From: an archaeon
GTDB lineage: Archaea > Nanobdellota > Nanobdellia > Pacearchaeales > GW2011-AR1
DNA: 57,010 nucleotides
Direction of reading: 5' to 3'
Assembly (NCBI GenBank): GCA_043797265.1
Contig: JAZDPV010000002.1
Coordinates: 1 to 57,010 of the forward strand
The translations under genes were made by a program, and so were the position numbers. The number at the start of each line of letters is the position of its first letter. Positions within the stretch are counted from its first letter, which is position 1. Under the pieces are notes generated by a model. The model was not told the DNA's origin and searched no databases. It saw nothing but the letters and a program-made list of their open reading frames with translations. Below are positions 47,791 through 56,963 of the stretch, in pieces.

Positions 47791-48321
47791 TTATCCCCCC
47801 GTCGTCGTCTTCCCCGACTTAGCTGCAAGAACAATAACCGCAATCAAAACCCCAAGTATAATCAACGCCCAAACATTTTGCACAAACCAACCGCCAAATC
47901 CAACCTGCCCACTCCACATGTCCCACGAACTCAACGCCCAAATAGCAACGCCAATTCCAATGACATATCCAATCCATCTACCAGGAATCTTTGTTGAACC
48001 TGCCGTCGGCGCCGGCCAAAAGAACCCAAGCAAAATAATCAACGCTAAAAAAACCGCAAGCCCGACGCCAAACCTCGGAAATATTACTGCAAAAAATTCC
48101 GAAACAAAATCAAACTGCAACGCAAGCAAACCAATCGCAACCGAAATAATCGCCAATATCCATCTATTCTCTTCCCCACTGGACGACAAAAGTTTCGTCT
48201 TGCTAAGTATCGCATACACGACCGCAAATATCAACAAAAACGGAATCACATAAGAAAAAACACCCATCTCGTTCCATATATTCAAGACCTCTGTAATCGT
48301 CATAACCATCTTAATCAACAA
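47791..48321 (-). CDS. Multi-TM membrane protein, paralog 2 of 3
   Basis: PFLLIFAVVYAILSKTKLL motif. Confidence 0.8.
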   Translation of the reverse strand: MLIKMVMTITEVLNIWNEMGVFSYVIPFLLIFAVVYAILSKTKLLSSSGEENRWILAIISVAIGLLALQFDFVSEFFAVIFPRFGVGLAVFLALIILLGFFWPAPTAGSTKIPGRWIGYVIGIGVAIWALSSWDMWSGQVGFGGWFVQNVWALIILGVLIAVIVLAAKSGKTTTGG

Positions 48322-48347
48322 AGAAAAAACTTATTTATATATCTTTC

Positions 48348-48854
48348 CTACTTCTCACCAGAACTATTCCCTCTCCTCTTCCCGCCAAAAACCGCAACCG
48401 CCATCGCTCCAATAATCAAGACGACCATCAACACATTCATCCAAATATCGCTACTCTCGCCGCCCGAAAACCATCCCTCGATAATTCCCCACAATCCCGT
48501 GATATACAAGACAACCCCAAGCGTAAACAACCCCGCCAAAATCCCAAAACTAATTTTCATCCAATTCGGCGCCTTCGACAAATCCCCCGCGACAAACCCA
48601 TACAAAATCATAAAAACCAAAATCACGGCGACGCCAACCGCCAGCCACGGCATTATCCCGACGACAATTTCCCTCGGCCCCGGCACCCCAATCAAAATCA
48701 AACCAATCACCAACGCGACCATCGCATCAATCTGCGCTTTTCCCTCGCCAAGTATCTTCGACTTCTGCAAAATCGCGAACACGACGACAAACACCAACAA
48801 GAACGGCAGCAACATCTCGGTAAAAAACGGACTATCAAATATCATATTAAACAC
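48348..48854 (-). CDS. Multi-TM membrane protein, paralog 3 of 3
   Basis: PFLLVFVVVFAILQKSKILG motif. Confidence 0.8.
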   Translation of the reverse strand: MFNMIFDSPFFTEMLLPFLLVFVVVFAILQKSKILGEGKAQIDAMVALVIGLILIGVPGPREIVVGIMPWLAVGVAVILVFMILYGFVAGDLSKAPNWMKISFGILAGLFTLGVVLYITGLWGIIEGWFSGGESSDIWMNVLMVVLIIGAMAVAVFGGKRRGNSSGEK

Positions 48855-48885
48855 AAATCAAAAACCTATTTAAACTTTCCCAAAA

Positions 48886-49179
48886 TCATTCCATCTCGTC
48901 CAAACTTAAATCCTCGTCTCTCGTCTGAACCGGCACCGCATTCTTGTCAATTATAAAAATGTCCCCAATCGCCTTGATAAACTGGTGCGGCACAATTATC
49001 CCTCGCGCCCCGCCAAGAATTTCAATCATCCCCGACTCCCGCGACACGACAATCCTCCACCCGTCAATCTTATTATCAACCAAATTAACTTCCTCAATAA
49101 TCCCAAACAAATCTCCCGCATCGGTATATACCCTCAACCCGACGACCTCGCTCATTCTTTTTATTTTTAGCATGCCCAA
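48886..49179 (-). CDS. PRC-barrel domain protein
   Basis: SEVVGLRVYTDAG..FG.IEEV...IVPHQFIKAIGDIFII. Confidence 0.88.
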   Translation of the reverse strand: MGMLKIKRMSEVVGLRVYTDAGDLFGIIEEVNLVDNKIDGWRIVVSRESGMIEILGGARGIIVPHQFIKAIGDIFIIDKNAVPVQTRDEDLSLDEME

Positions 49180-49377
49180 ATTAAAAGCCCCTCATTTAAA
49201 TACATTTCTATGATGCAACGCATACTAATAAAATAATTCAACCCCCGCCCCGCAATCTACAAACACCAACTTTATCGACGCGTCCTCAACACGGCCATTC
49301 TACCAAAGACAAAGCCTCTATCTACAAACAAAATGTTCTAAAAGATAACTTTATAAAAAATCCAAACATCTATTCCT

Positions 49378-50007
49378 ATGGACACAAAAGAAAACATAAA
49401 AGAAATATTAATAATAATCCTCGCATCAATCGTCCTCGCACTAACCGTCGCCTTCAAAAACACAAACATCTTCTACGCCGCCGCAATAAGTTTTCTAATC
49501 ATACTAACCATAAACGTCCTCGTAAAAAAATCCGTCGGCTATTACCTCGAAACAAAAGTCAGAACAAAATTCTGGTCCCTCTATCAATTCGGATTCAGAA
49601 AAGACACGCACTTCAAAAAACCCCTCCCGATGCTCTGGCTCCCCCTAATCCTAACGCTCTTCACAAAAGGATTTTTTTTCTGGCTCGGCGTTCTTGAATT
49701 CGACGTCGAAGCAAAAACCGAAAGGGTCTCACGACGCCACGGACTCTATCGATTTACAGAAGTCACCGAATGGCACATGGCATGGATAGCACTCTGGGCA
49801 CTAATCGCAAACCTCGCCGTCGCCGTCGCCGCATACATCGCCGGCTTTGAACTTTTCACGCGACTAAGCATCTACTTCATCGTGTGGTCAACCATCCCGC
49901 TCTCTAACCTCGACGGCTCAAAAATTTTCTTCTCAAGCAGAACCCTGTGGGCAGTCACATTCGCCGCCGCAATCCTCACATTCTTCTGGGCGCTGACGAT
50001 TATCTAA
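49378..50007 (+). CDS. Site-2 protease (M50)-like membrane protein lacking HExxH
   Basis: IPLSNLDGSKI C-terminal motif; HExxH position reads INVLVKK. Confidence 0.65.
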   Translation: MDTKENIKEILIIILASIVLALTVAFKNTNIFYAAAISFLIILTINVLVKKSVGYYLETKVRTKFWSLYQFGFRKDTHFKKPLPMLWLPLILTLFTKGFFFWLGVLEFDVEAKTERVSRRHGLYRFTEVTEWHMAWIALWALIANLAVAVAAYIAGFELFTRLSIYFIVWSTIPLSNLDGSKIFFSSRTLWAVTFAAAILTFFWALTII

Positions 50008-50041
50008 TCCAAACTTATAAACCCATCATCCTTAATAAGAA

Positions 50042-51572
50042 ATGGAAGAACTCAAAATCGAACCGCGAGAATATCAAAATAAAATATTCGAAACCTGCAA
50101 AGAAAAAGATTGTCTCGTCGTCCTTCCAACCGGAACCGGCAAAACTCTAATCGCCATAATGCTCACCATCGAACGCTTCAAAAAATTCCCCCTCGGAAAA
50201 ATCCTAATCCTCGCACCAACCCGCCCGCTAATCGAACAACATTTCGAATCCTTCAAAAAAAACCTCCCGGAAAACTGGGCAGACATGCAACTCTTCACCG
50301 GCAAAACCCCGTCGACAAAAAGAAAGGAAATATGGCGAACCGCCGAATTCATTTTCTCAACCCCGCAATGCATCGCAAACGACCTCAATAAAAAACTATA
50401 CAACCTCAACGAAGTCTCGCTCCTCATCGTCGACGAATGCCACCGATGCCTCAAAAATTACGCCTATAACCACGTCGCTCAAAAATACAAAGACCAAGCA
50501 ACAAACAAAAGAGTCTTAGCGCTGACAGCATCGCCCGGCTCCAACAAAGAAACAATCACACAAGTCTGCGAAAATCTCGGAGTCGAAGCCGTCGAAATCC
50601 GCACACGACAAAGCCCCGACGTGGAACCCTATCTCCAAGAACTCGAATTCGAAAAAATAGAAATCGATTTCCCGCCAGAATTCGTAGAAATAAAAGTTCT
50701 CCTCCAGGAAATTTACAACACAAAAGTAAACGAACTAAAAAATAGAAAAGTCATCTTCGGCAACGCATCAAAAACAATGCTCCTAAAAACTCAGGCAAAA
50801 CTAATGCAAGACCTCAGAAGAAAAAAAAAACATCAACAACATGCTCGCCGTCTCCGCCTGCGCCCAAGCAATAAAAATCTCCCACGCAATCGAACTCCTC
50901 GAAACCCAAACAATCTCATCCTTCATCATCTACCTCAAAGACCTCTTCAAACAAGCCGCCGAAAAAAAATCCAAAGGCGTCCAAAAATTAACATCAGACC
51001 CCCGATTCACAAAAGCATTCTCATTAGCGACGACGCTCGGACAAGAACATCCAAAACTCCAAGCCCTAAAAGAAATCACCCAAAACCAATTCCAAAAAAA
51101 TCCAAACTCGAGAATAATCGTCTTCGCCCAATTCCGCGAAACCGTCCGAACAATCTCGGAAGAACTAAACAAACTCCCGCAAATAAAAGCCGACAACTTC
51201 GTCGGACAAGCAATCAAAGAACACGGCAAAGGCGAAACAACCGGACTCAAACAAAAAGAACAAAAAGCAATGATAGAAAAATTCCGTAACGGAGAAATCA
51301 ACGTCCTCGTCGCAACCTCAATCGCCGAAGAAGGACTCGACATCCCCGAAGTCAGCGAAGTAATTTTCTACGAACCAATCCCGTCGGCAATTCGAAAAAT
51401 CCAGCGAACCGGCCGAACCGCGCGACTCTCAAAAGGAAAACTAAAAATCCTCGTAACAAAAAAAACCCTCGACGAAATCTACCATTACACCGCCTACAAC
51501 AAAGAAAAACGAATGCACTCCGCCATCGATCAAATCAAAAAAGATTTCGCGTCGAACGAAAAACAACAATGA
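50042..51572 (+). CDS. Hef/FANCM-like DEAD-box helicase, +1 frameshift at the A10 run 50821-50830
   Basis: LPTGTGKT, APTRPL, DECH, LTASPG; C-terminal half (HPKL, FVGQ, ATSIAEEGLDIP, QRTGRTAR) lies in the +1 frame. Confidence 0.9.
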
Positions 51573-52255
51573 AACACCAAATCGAAAACATCTTCTCAAA
51601 AACAAAACCCCAAAAAGAACCAACTTGCCCAAATCCAAAAATCCCAATCATCATCGACACCCGCGAAAAACAATCTCTAATTTCCGCGAACCTCGTCGAG
51701 AAAAAAGCAAACATCCAATTCGAAAAACTCGAAATCGGCGACTATCTCGTCGGAGAAACAATCATTGAACGAAAAACTTTCCAAGACCTCGTCGGCTCAA
51801 TGATAAACAAACGACTCTTCGACCAAATCCATGAAATAAAAAAATACCCAAAACACTTCCTAATCATCGAAAACTTCTATTACAACTACAACAAATTCAA
51901 CATCCACGAAAACGCAATTCGCGGGATGCTCCTCTCAATCGCAACCGATTTCCAAGTCCCAATAATCTTTACTGAAAACGAAGAAGACACCTCAAAATTT
52001 CTAATACTCCTCGCCAAACGATATGAAAAACCAAACATTCAAAACGCAATTCGTCAAACCAAAACCCAAAAAACAATAGAACAACAAAAAGAATTTATTC
52101 TCGAGGGCTTCCCGGAAATCGGTCCAACAGCCGCCAAAAAACTTTTAGAAAATTTTTCAAATCTTAAACAAATCTTCAACACAACAGAAAAAGAATTAAA
52201 ACAAATCGGACTAAGCGAAATACAAATCAAAAAATTTCTCCAACTCTTAAACTAA
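51569..52255 (+). CDS. ERCC4/XPF-type nuclease (stand-alone Hef nuclease domain)
   Basis: IIDTRE, GDY, ERKTFQDL, HhH GFPEIGPTAAKKLL. Confidence 0.92.
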   Translation: MKHQIENIFSKTKPQKEPTCPNPKIPIIIDTREKQSLISANLVEKKANIQFEKLEIGDYLVGETIIERKTFQDLVGSMINKRLFDQIHEIKKYPKHFLIIENFYYNYNKFNIHENAIRGMLLSIATDFQVPIIFTENEEDTSKFLILLAKRYEKPNIQNAIRQTKTQKTIEQQKEFILEGFPEIGPTAAKKLLENFSNLKQIFNTTEKELKQIGLSEIQIKKFLQLLN

Positions 52256-52258
52256 AAT

Positions 52259-53455
52259 TTAAGGACCAAGAGAAAACGAAGCAAACTCCGAAATCGCCGC
52301 CAACTTTTTAATGTCACCCAAACTCACCGCATTAATATTCTTCTCATAATTATAATAATTCTTCGCGTCGCCATCCAATTCCTCAACAATTAAATTAACC
52401 GCCGTCTCGCTCGAACCCTCTGACTCAACGCGCCGATTCCCAATGACCTGAACCTTCGCCTCCGCCAATTCCTCCTCGCCAATCTCCCCCATTTTCCTAA
52501 ACTCGTCCAAGCAAATATCAACAACCTTCTTCTCATTCGAAGAATCAGTCCCCGCCCAAATAACCATATACCCATAATTCTTCCCCAAATCCAACTCTGT
52601 CTTAATCCCATAAACCAACCCTCTCTTCTCCCGCACCTCGCTAAACAGCTTCGACGACATCCCCTCTCCCAAAATAGCAGAAAAAACTTCCGCCACACAT
52701 CTCTCTTTCGTCGACGAACACGGAAAATGAAAACCAATCGCAAGATTCACTTGCTGGACACCCTCTCTCTTCTCGGAATTTTTAATCACTCTCTTCTTAA
52801 CTTTCACATCACGACTTGCGACTTGCGACTTGCGACTTGCGACATCAAATTTCTCCGCGATTGAAACAATCTCATCAAAATTATTATTACCAACGACGCA
52901 AAGAATCGCATTCGACGGAACATAAACCTCACGATGACGATTAAACAATTGCTCCCGCGTCATCCTCCGGACATTTTCCTCCGTCCCCGCCCCGGACATC
53001 CCAGCCGCGCCCTCATACAAATTCGTTTTAATCCCTTCAAGAACGTGCGCATGAGGATTATCATGATACATCTTTATCTCCTCGCAAATCACCCCCGCCT
53101 CTTTCTCAACCTCCACTTCCGGAAACGACGCATTAAAAAAAACATCAAAGATGACATCCATCGCGACGCCCAAATGTTCCGACGGCAACTTCACATGATA
53201 AGCCGTAACCTCCTCGGAAGTAAACGCGTTCAAAACCCCGCCAACCTTCTCAACCTCCCCGGCAATTTGCTTGACACTCCGCCTCTCCGTCCCCTTAAAA
53301 CAAAGATGCTCAATAAAATGCGCAATCCCCTTCTCCTTAATCGTCTCATATATCGACCCATATCTCGCCGCCAACATCACCGTCGTCACCGGCACATCCC
53401 TCTTCTCGTGCAAAACCGTCAGCCCACTCTTCAAAACTTTCTTCTCAAATTTCAT
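52259..53455 (-). CDS. M16 family zinc peptidase
   Basis: GIAHFIEHLCFKGT (HxxEH), NAFT, SSKLFSEVREKRGLVY. Confidence 0.95.
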   Translation of the reverse strand: MKFEKKVLKSGLTVLHEKRDVPVTTVMLAARYGSIYETIKEKGIAHFIEHLCFKGTERRSVKQIAGEVEKVGGVLNAFTSEEVTAYHVKLPSEHLGVAMDVIFDVFFNASFPEVEVEKEAGVICEEIKMYHDNPHAHVLEGIKTNLYEGAAGMSGAGTEENVRRMTREQLFNRHREVYVPSNAILCVVGNNNFDEIVSIAEKFDVASRKSQVASRDVKVKKRVIKNSEKREGVQQVNLAIGFHFPCSSTKERCVAEVFSAILGEGMSSKLFSEVREKRGLVYGIKTELDLGKNYGYMVIWAGTDSSNEKKVVDICLDEFRKMGEIGEEELAEAKVQVIGNRRVESEGSSETAVNLIVEELDGDAKNYYNYEKNINAVSLGDIKKLAAISEFASFSLGP

Positions 53456-53504
53456 AGGACATTCTAATAATTACCCTATTTAATTATTTACATTTCAAAC
53501 TAAC

Positions 53505-53565
53505 CCGCGCGGAACAGCGAAGCCGCCAAAGATATGGCAACGAAGTTGCCCAATTCCCCCTCCCT
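53505..53565. repeat. Two-hairpin GAA-triloop element, copy 2
   Basis: CCGCGCGG..GCGAAGCCGCC..ATAT-GGCAAC-GAA-GTTGCC-CAATTCCCCCTCCCT. Confidence 0.78.
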
Positions 53566-53669
53566 CTCCTCTCCCAACCTCCCCCAACCTCTCCCACCCT
53601 CGCGAAACGCCGAAGCGAACTTATTTAAACACCTCCATCCTTAAAACCACAACTAAAAAGAGGTATAAT

Positions 53670-54011
53670 ATGGAATTAGACTTAATCGGAAAGTGGGCAT
53701 TCATTCTCGGTATAGTAGTCGCTATTCTCGCCGCATTTATCACAGCAATTTCCACAAAAACAATTCTGTTGATATTGTTCATATTGGGATTAATCGTCGG
53801 GCTACTTAATATCAAGAAAAAGAACACCACTGAATTTCTAATTGCTACAATTGCCCTGCTCGCAGTCGGAAGCCTCGGCGCTCTATCAATTGGACAACTC
53901 ATAACGCCGGTCAAATATTTAGAAACAATACTTGGCTACTTCATAGCGTTCGTCGCCGCCGCAGCATTGGTAGTATCTATCAAGACGGTAATCGTAACAA
54001 GCAAGAAATAA
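53670..54011 (+). CDS. Small four-TM membrane protein
   Basis: IGKWAFILG..., LGLIVGLLNI...EFLIA; AGAGGT SD-like motif upstream. Confidence 0.8.
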   Translation: MELDLIGKWAFILGIVVAILAAFITAISTKTILLILFILGLIVGLLNIKKKNTTEFLIATIALLAVGSLGALSIGQLITPVKYLETILGYFIAFVAAAALVVSIKTVIVTSKK

Positions 54012-54019
54012 ACAACATT

Positions 54020-54739
54020 TTATTTTTTATTTTTTAATATTATAATCTTCTCTCCCCCGCCCGCGAAATTTTTCTCAATCAAAAAATTTTCCTCCAAAAA
54101 TTTCAGCATCCACTTCCTTTGAACCACAAATTTTCTCCTCTTCCCCAAACTCTCCGTCGGCAAAGTCAAAACAATCCACTCGCACTCCTTCGCAACTTCC
54201 AAAATAAATTTCTTGGAAAAATCTCTCTCCAAACTCTCCAACGCATCAACCACTTGCAACATAAAAACAACCCTCGGCTTCTCGGCACCTTCCAAAATTT
54301 TCACCACCCGTCCAACATCAAACAAATCCAGACAAACAACTTTCCCATTATAATTATTTTCCTTAAAATAATCGTTCGTCAAATCCACCAACTGCCCCAC
54401 CGCCTCAACCCCAACATAAGAAACACCGTCGGGTAAATACCTATAACTAAATCCGTTAACACCGCAACCCAAATCAACCACGCCCCCAGCGTCGCCAATC
54501 ACAGAAAAAATCTCTCCATAAAAATTTTTATAATCTCTCTTCTTGGAAGACATATGCACCCCCAACAAATCCCCACTCCCTTTTAAAACCCGATTCGTCA
54601 AAAACACCCCAAAATATTTTCGCAACAAAGCCCGCGCCAACTTGACATCCCCTCCCGAATTTTTCAACGCCCTCTCAACAACCGAATCCGGCAACTCAGA
54701 AAACTCCCTTTTCCTTTTTACCTCTCCAACTAAACTCAT
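54020..54739 (-). CDS. SAM-dependent methyltransferase, FmrO/ArmA-like
   Basis: HMSSKKR, VVDLGCGVN, TLPTESLGKR match the layout of 16S rRNA m7G1405 methyltransferases. Confidence 0.65.
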   Translation of the reverse strand: MSLVGEVKRKREFSELPDSVVERALKNSGGDVKLARALLRKYFGVFLTNRVLKGSGDLLGVHMSSKKRDYKNFYGEIFSVIGDAGGVVDLGCGVNGFSYRYLPDGVSYVGVEAVGQLVDLTNDYFKENNYNGKVVCLDLFDVGRVVKILEGAEKPRVVFMLQVVDALESLERDFSKKFILEVAKECEWIVLTLPTESLGKRRKFVVQRKWMLKFLEENFLIEKNFAGGGEKIIILKNKK

Positions 54740-55410
54740 CTCACGACGACCTCCTTCATCAAATGCCGATACTCCCCCTCGCTCTCAACATCAAAACCAA
54801 TTTCTATCTTTTTCCCAAACCCGGGCATCCACAAAACAGCCGTCTCTGCCTCGCCCCCTTCAAAATCAATCCTGAATTTATACTTCTTCGCCAAACGCTT
54901 TAACTCCACAAAATTCTCGTCGCTGATGACTCGCCCAATCCACTCCTCGCCAATCCCCTCGCAAGAAATCCTCGTCATAACAACCTCAAACCCGCCACTC
55001 AACAAATCCCTCCAAACATCTTCTGGAGAAAACCCCCACAACGGAGCAATAAATTTCAACCCCAGCCCGCCACAAATTTTCCTAACCCTCTCCCCCTGAT
55101 AAGAACTCGCAATCCCTCCAACCACCACCCCATCAATCTTGCCCCTGACCCGCCCAATCAAATTTTTCAAATCCACCAACTCGTCCTCTTTCTTCCCCTC
55201 GCTGTCACCAACAACCAACTCAACCCCCAACTCCCTCGCCTGTCTCTCCAATAAATTAACAAACGACTTATGAAACATAAAACTATCATCTCCCCTCGGC
55301 AAAACATTCAGCAAATAAACAACCTCATGCCCCTCCTTCAAAATTTTATGCAAAGCAAGACACGAATCCTTCCCGCCCGAAAACAAAACAGCCAATTTCA
55401 TAAAAATCAC
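54736..55410 (-). CDS. dph6: Diphthine--ammonia ligase (PP-loop ATPase)
   Basis: LFSGGKDS, SFMFH, GGIASSYQ, PLW, EGGEAETAV. Confidence 0.9.
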   Translation of the reverse strand: MIFMKLAVLFSGGKDSCLALHKILKEGHEVVYLLNVLPRGDDSFMFHKSFVNLLERQARELGVELVVGDSEGKKEDELVDLKNLIGRVRGKIDGVVVGGIASSYQGERVRKICGGLGLKFIAPLWGFSPEDVWRDLLSGGFEVVMTRISCEGIGEEWIGRVISDENFVELKRLAKKYKFRIDFEGGEAETAVLWMPGFGKKIEIGFDVESEGEYRHLMKEVVVR

Positions 55411-55419
55411 AGCAAAAAT

Positions 55420-55734
55420 CTATTTAAGAGTTTTCCTCTCCCACCGATTCTTCGGCTTCCTCAAAAAGAAATACAAAAAAATCACGACAATCAAAACCCC
55501 AAAAGCCCCAACCCCCAAAGCAATGTAAAAATCCAAAGTATACCTGCCACGACCCTCCCCACCAGAACCCACCGCTTCAACATTTGCATCATTAGAACCA
55601 CCGACGTCAACATTCACCTCGACGGAAGAACCCCTCGAATCATTCCCGCTAAAACTATCCCACTCATCCCCCAACTCAGCACTACAAAAAACACCGACCG
55701 CCAAAATCACCAAAACCAAAACAACCAACTTCAT
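55420..55734 (-). CDS. Small secreted protein with C-terminal TM anchor
   Basis: Signal peptide, polar linker, TM helix followed by RKPKNRW. Confidence 0.7.
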   Translation of the reverse strand: MKLVVLVLVILAVGVFCSAELGDEWDSFSGNDSRGSSVEVNVDVGGSNDANVEAVGSGGEGRGRYTLDFYIALGVGAFGVLIVVIFLYFFLRKPKNRWERKTLK

Positions 55735-55767
55735 AACTTTCTTAAACTCAATCGCTTTATAACTTTT

Positions 55768-56682
55768 ATGGCGTCAACAAACCAATCCCCATTTTACCAG
55801 CGAGCCGAACAAGAATTTCACGAAGCAACAACCGACGAGCAAAAAATAATTTGCCTGGGAACAATGATTAAAGAATGCCCAAAACACAAGTCCTCGGAAA
55901 ACATGCTCCGCAACCTCACAACCAGATTAAAAAAACTCAAATCAAATTTGGCTCGGCAAAAAAAATCAGGAAAATCTTCACGTCAAGGAATTAAAAAAGC
56001 CGAGGTGCAATGCGTCCTCACCGGATTCACAAACACCGGCAAATCAACAATCTTCAAAACTCTCACAAACCTCGACGCTAAAATATCCCCCTACCCCTTC
56101 ACAACCACCGGACCGCAACTCGGCACATTCAAATTCGAAGACATCCCGCTCCAAATCATCGACACTCCCTCATTCCCCCGCCACGACAAATCACTGACAA
56201 ACTCAACCGACATAATCCTCCTCGCCATCGACAACCTCGACCAAATAAACAAATCAGAACAAGAACTGCACCAAACCAGGGCAAAAATAATTTTAATCTT
56301 CAACAAAGAAGACCTGCTGTCAGAAACGAAAAAACGGAAAATCGAGGCAACTCTAAAATCAAAATACAAAAAATACGACCATATCTTTTTCTCGCAAAAT
56401 CAAAATAAAACAAAACTCGACGAGCTCAAGCAAAAAATCTTCAACGCATCGCCAATCATACGCGTCTATACCAAAGAGCCAAAAAAATCACCAAGCGAAG
56501 AACCAATGCTCCTAAAACAAACCTCGACGCTAAAAGACGCCGCCGAAAAAATCCTGAAAGGAATGTCAAAAAAAATAAAACGCGCAAAAGTTTGGGGACC
56601 CTCTTCAAAATTCGGCGGACAAATCATCGGGCTCAACCACCAACTCAAAGACAAAGATATAATAGAATTCCAAACAATATGA
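55768..56682 (+). CDS. DRG/Obg-family GTPase with TGS domain
   Basis: PKHKSSE, GFTNTGKS, YPFTT, NKED, IIRVYTK, WGPSSKFGGQ...HQLKDKDI; start at ATG 55768. Confidence 0.9.
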   Translation: MASTNQSPFYQRAEQEFHEATTDEQKIICLGTMIKECPKHKSSENMLRNLTTRLKKLKSNLARQKKSGKSSRQGIKKAEVQCVLTGFTNTGKSTIFKTLTNLDAKISPYPFTTTGPQLGTFKFEDIPLQIIDTPSFPRHDKSLTNSTDIILLAIDNLDQINKSEQELHQTRAKIILIFNKEDLLSETKKRKIEATLKSKYKKYDHIFFSQNQNKTKLDELKQKIFNASPIIRVYTKEPKKSPSEEPMLLKQTSTLKDAAEKILKGMSKKIKRAKVWGPSSKFGGQIIGLNHQLKDKDIIEFQTI

Positions 56683-56963
56683 AACTCCAAAAAATAACAC
56701 TCGTCCTTTCTCTCCTCGGCATCCTCCTCCTAATCTTCCTCGCACAAACCACAAAACAAACCCGAACCGGGACAATCCAATCAATCCAATTATCCAACGA
56801 CAAAATAATAATCCAACTCGAAAACAACTCCGTCGAACTAATTCTCTTCGACATCTCACACATCAACCTATCAAAAGGCGACACAATAAAATTCCAAGGA
56901 AGACGCGACACCTACAAAAACAAAGAACAAATCATCGTCGACAAATTAATATGCTCAACCTAA
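56679..56963 (+). CDS. Membrane-anchored OB-fold-like protein
   Basis: N-terminal TM MKLQKITLVLSLLGILLL; GDTIKFQG...YKNKEQIIVDKL. Confidence 0.7.
   Translation: MKLQKITLVLSLLGILLLIFLAQTTKQTRTGTIQSIQLSNDKIIIQLENNSVELILFDISHINLSKGDTIKFQGRRDTYKNKEQIIVDKLICST

Noticed and set aside
55270-55767. N-terminal extensions of the GTPase (from 55270), DHH (from 18141) and Bud32 (from 16880) ORFs
   Set aside because: They overlap other genes; downstream ATGs have TATA boxes at the expected distance and match the family N-termini.
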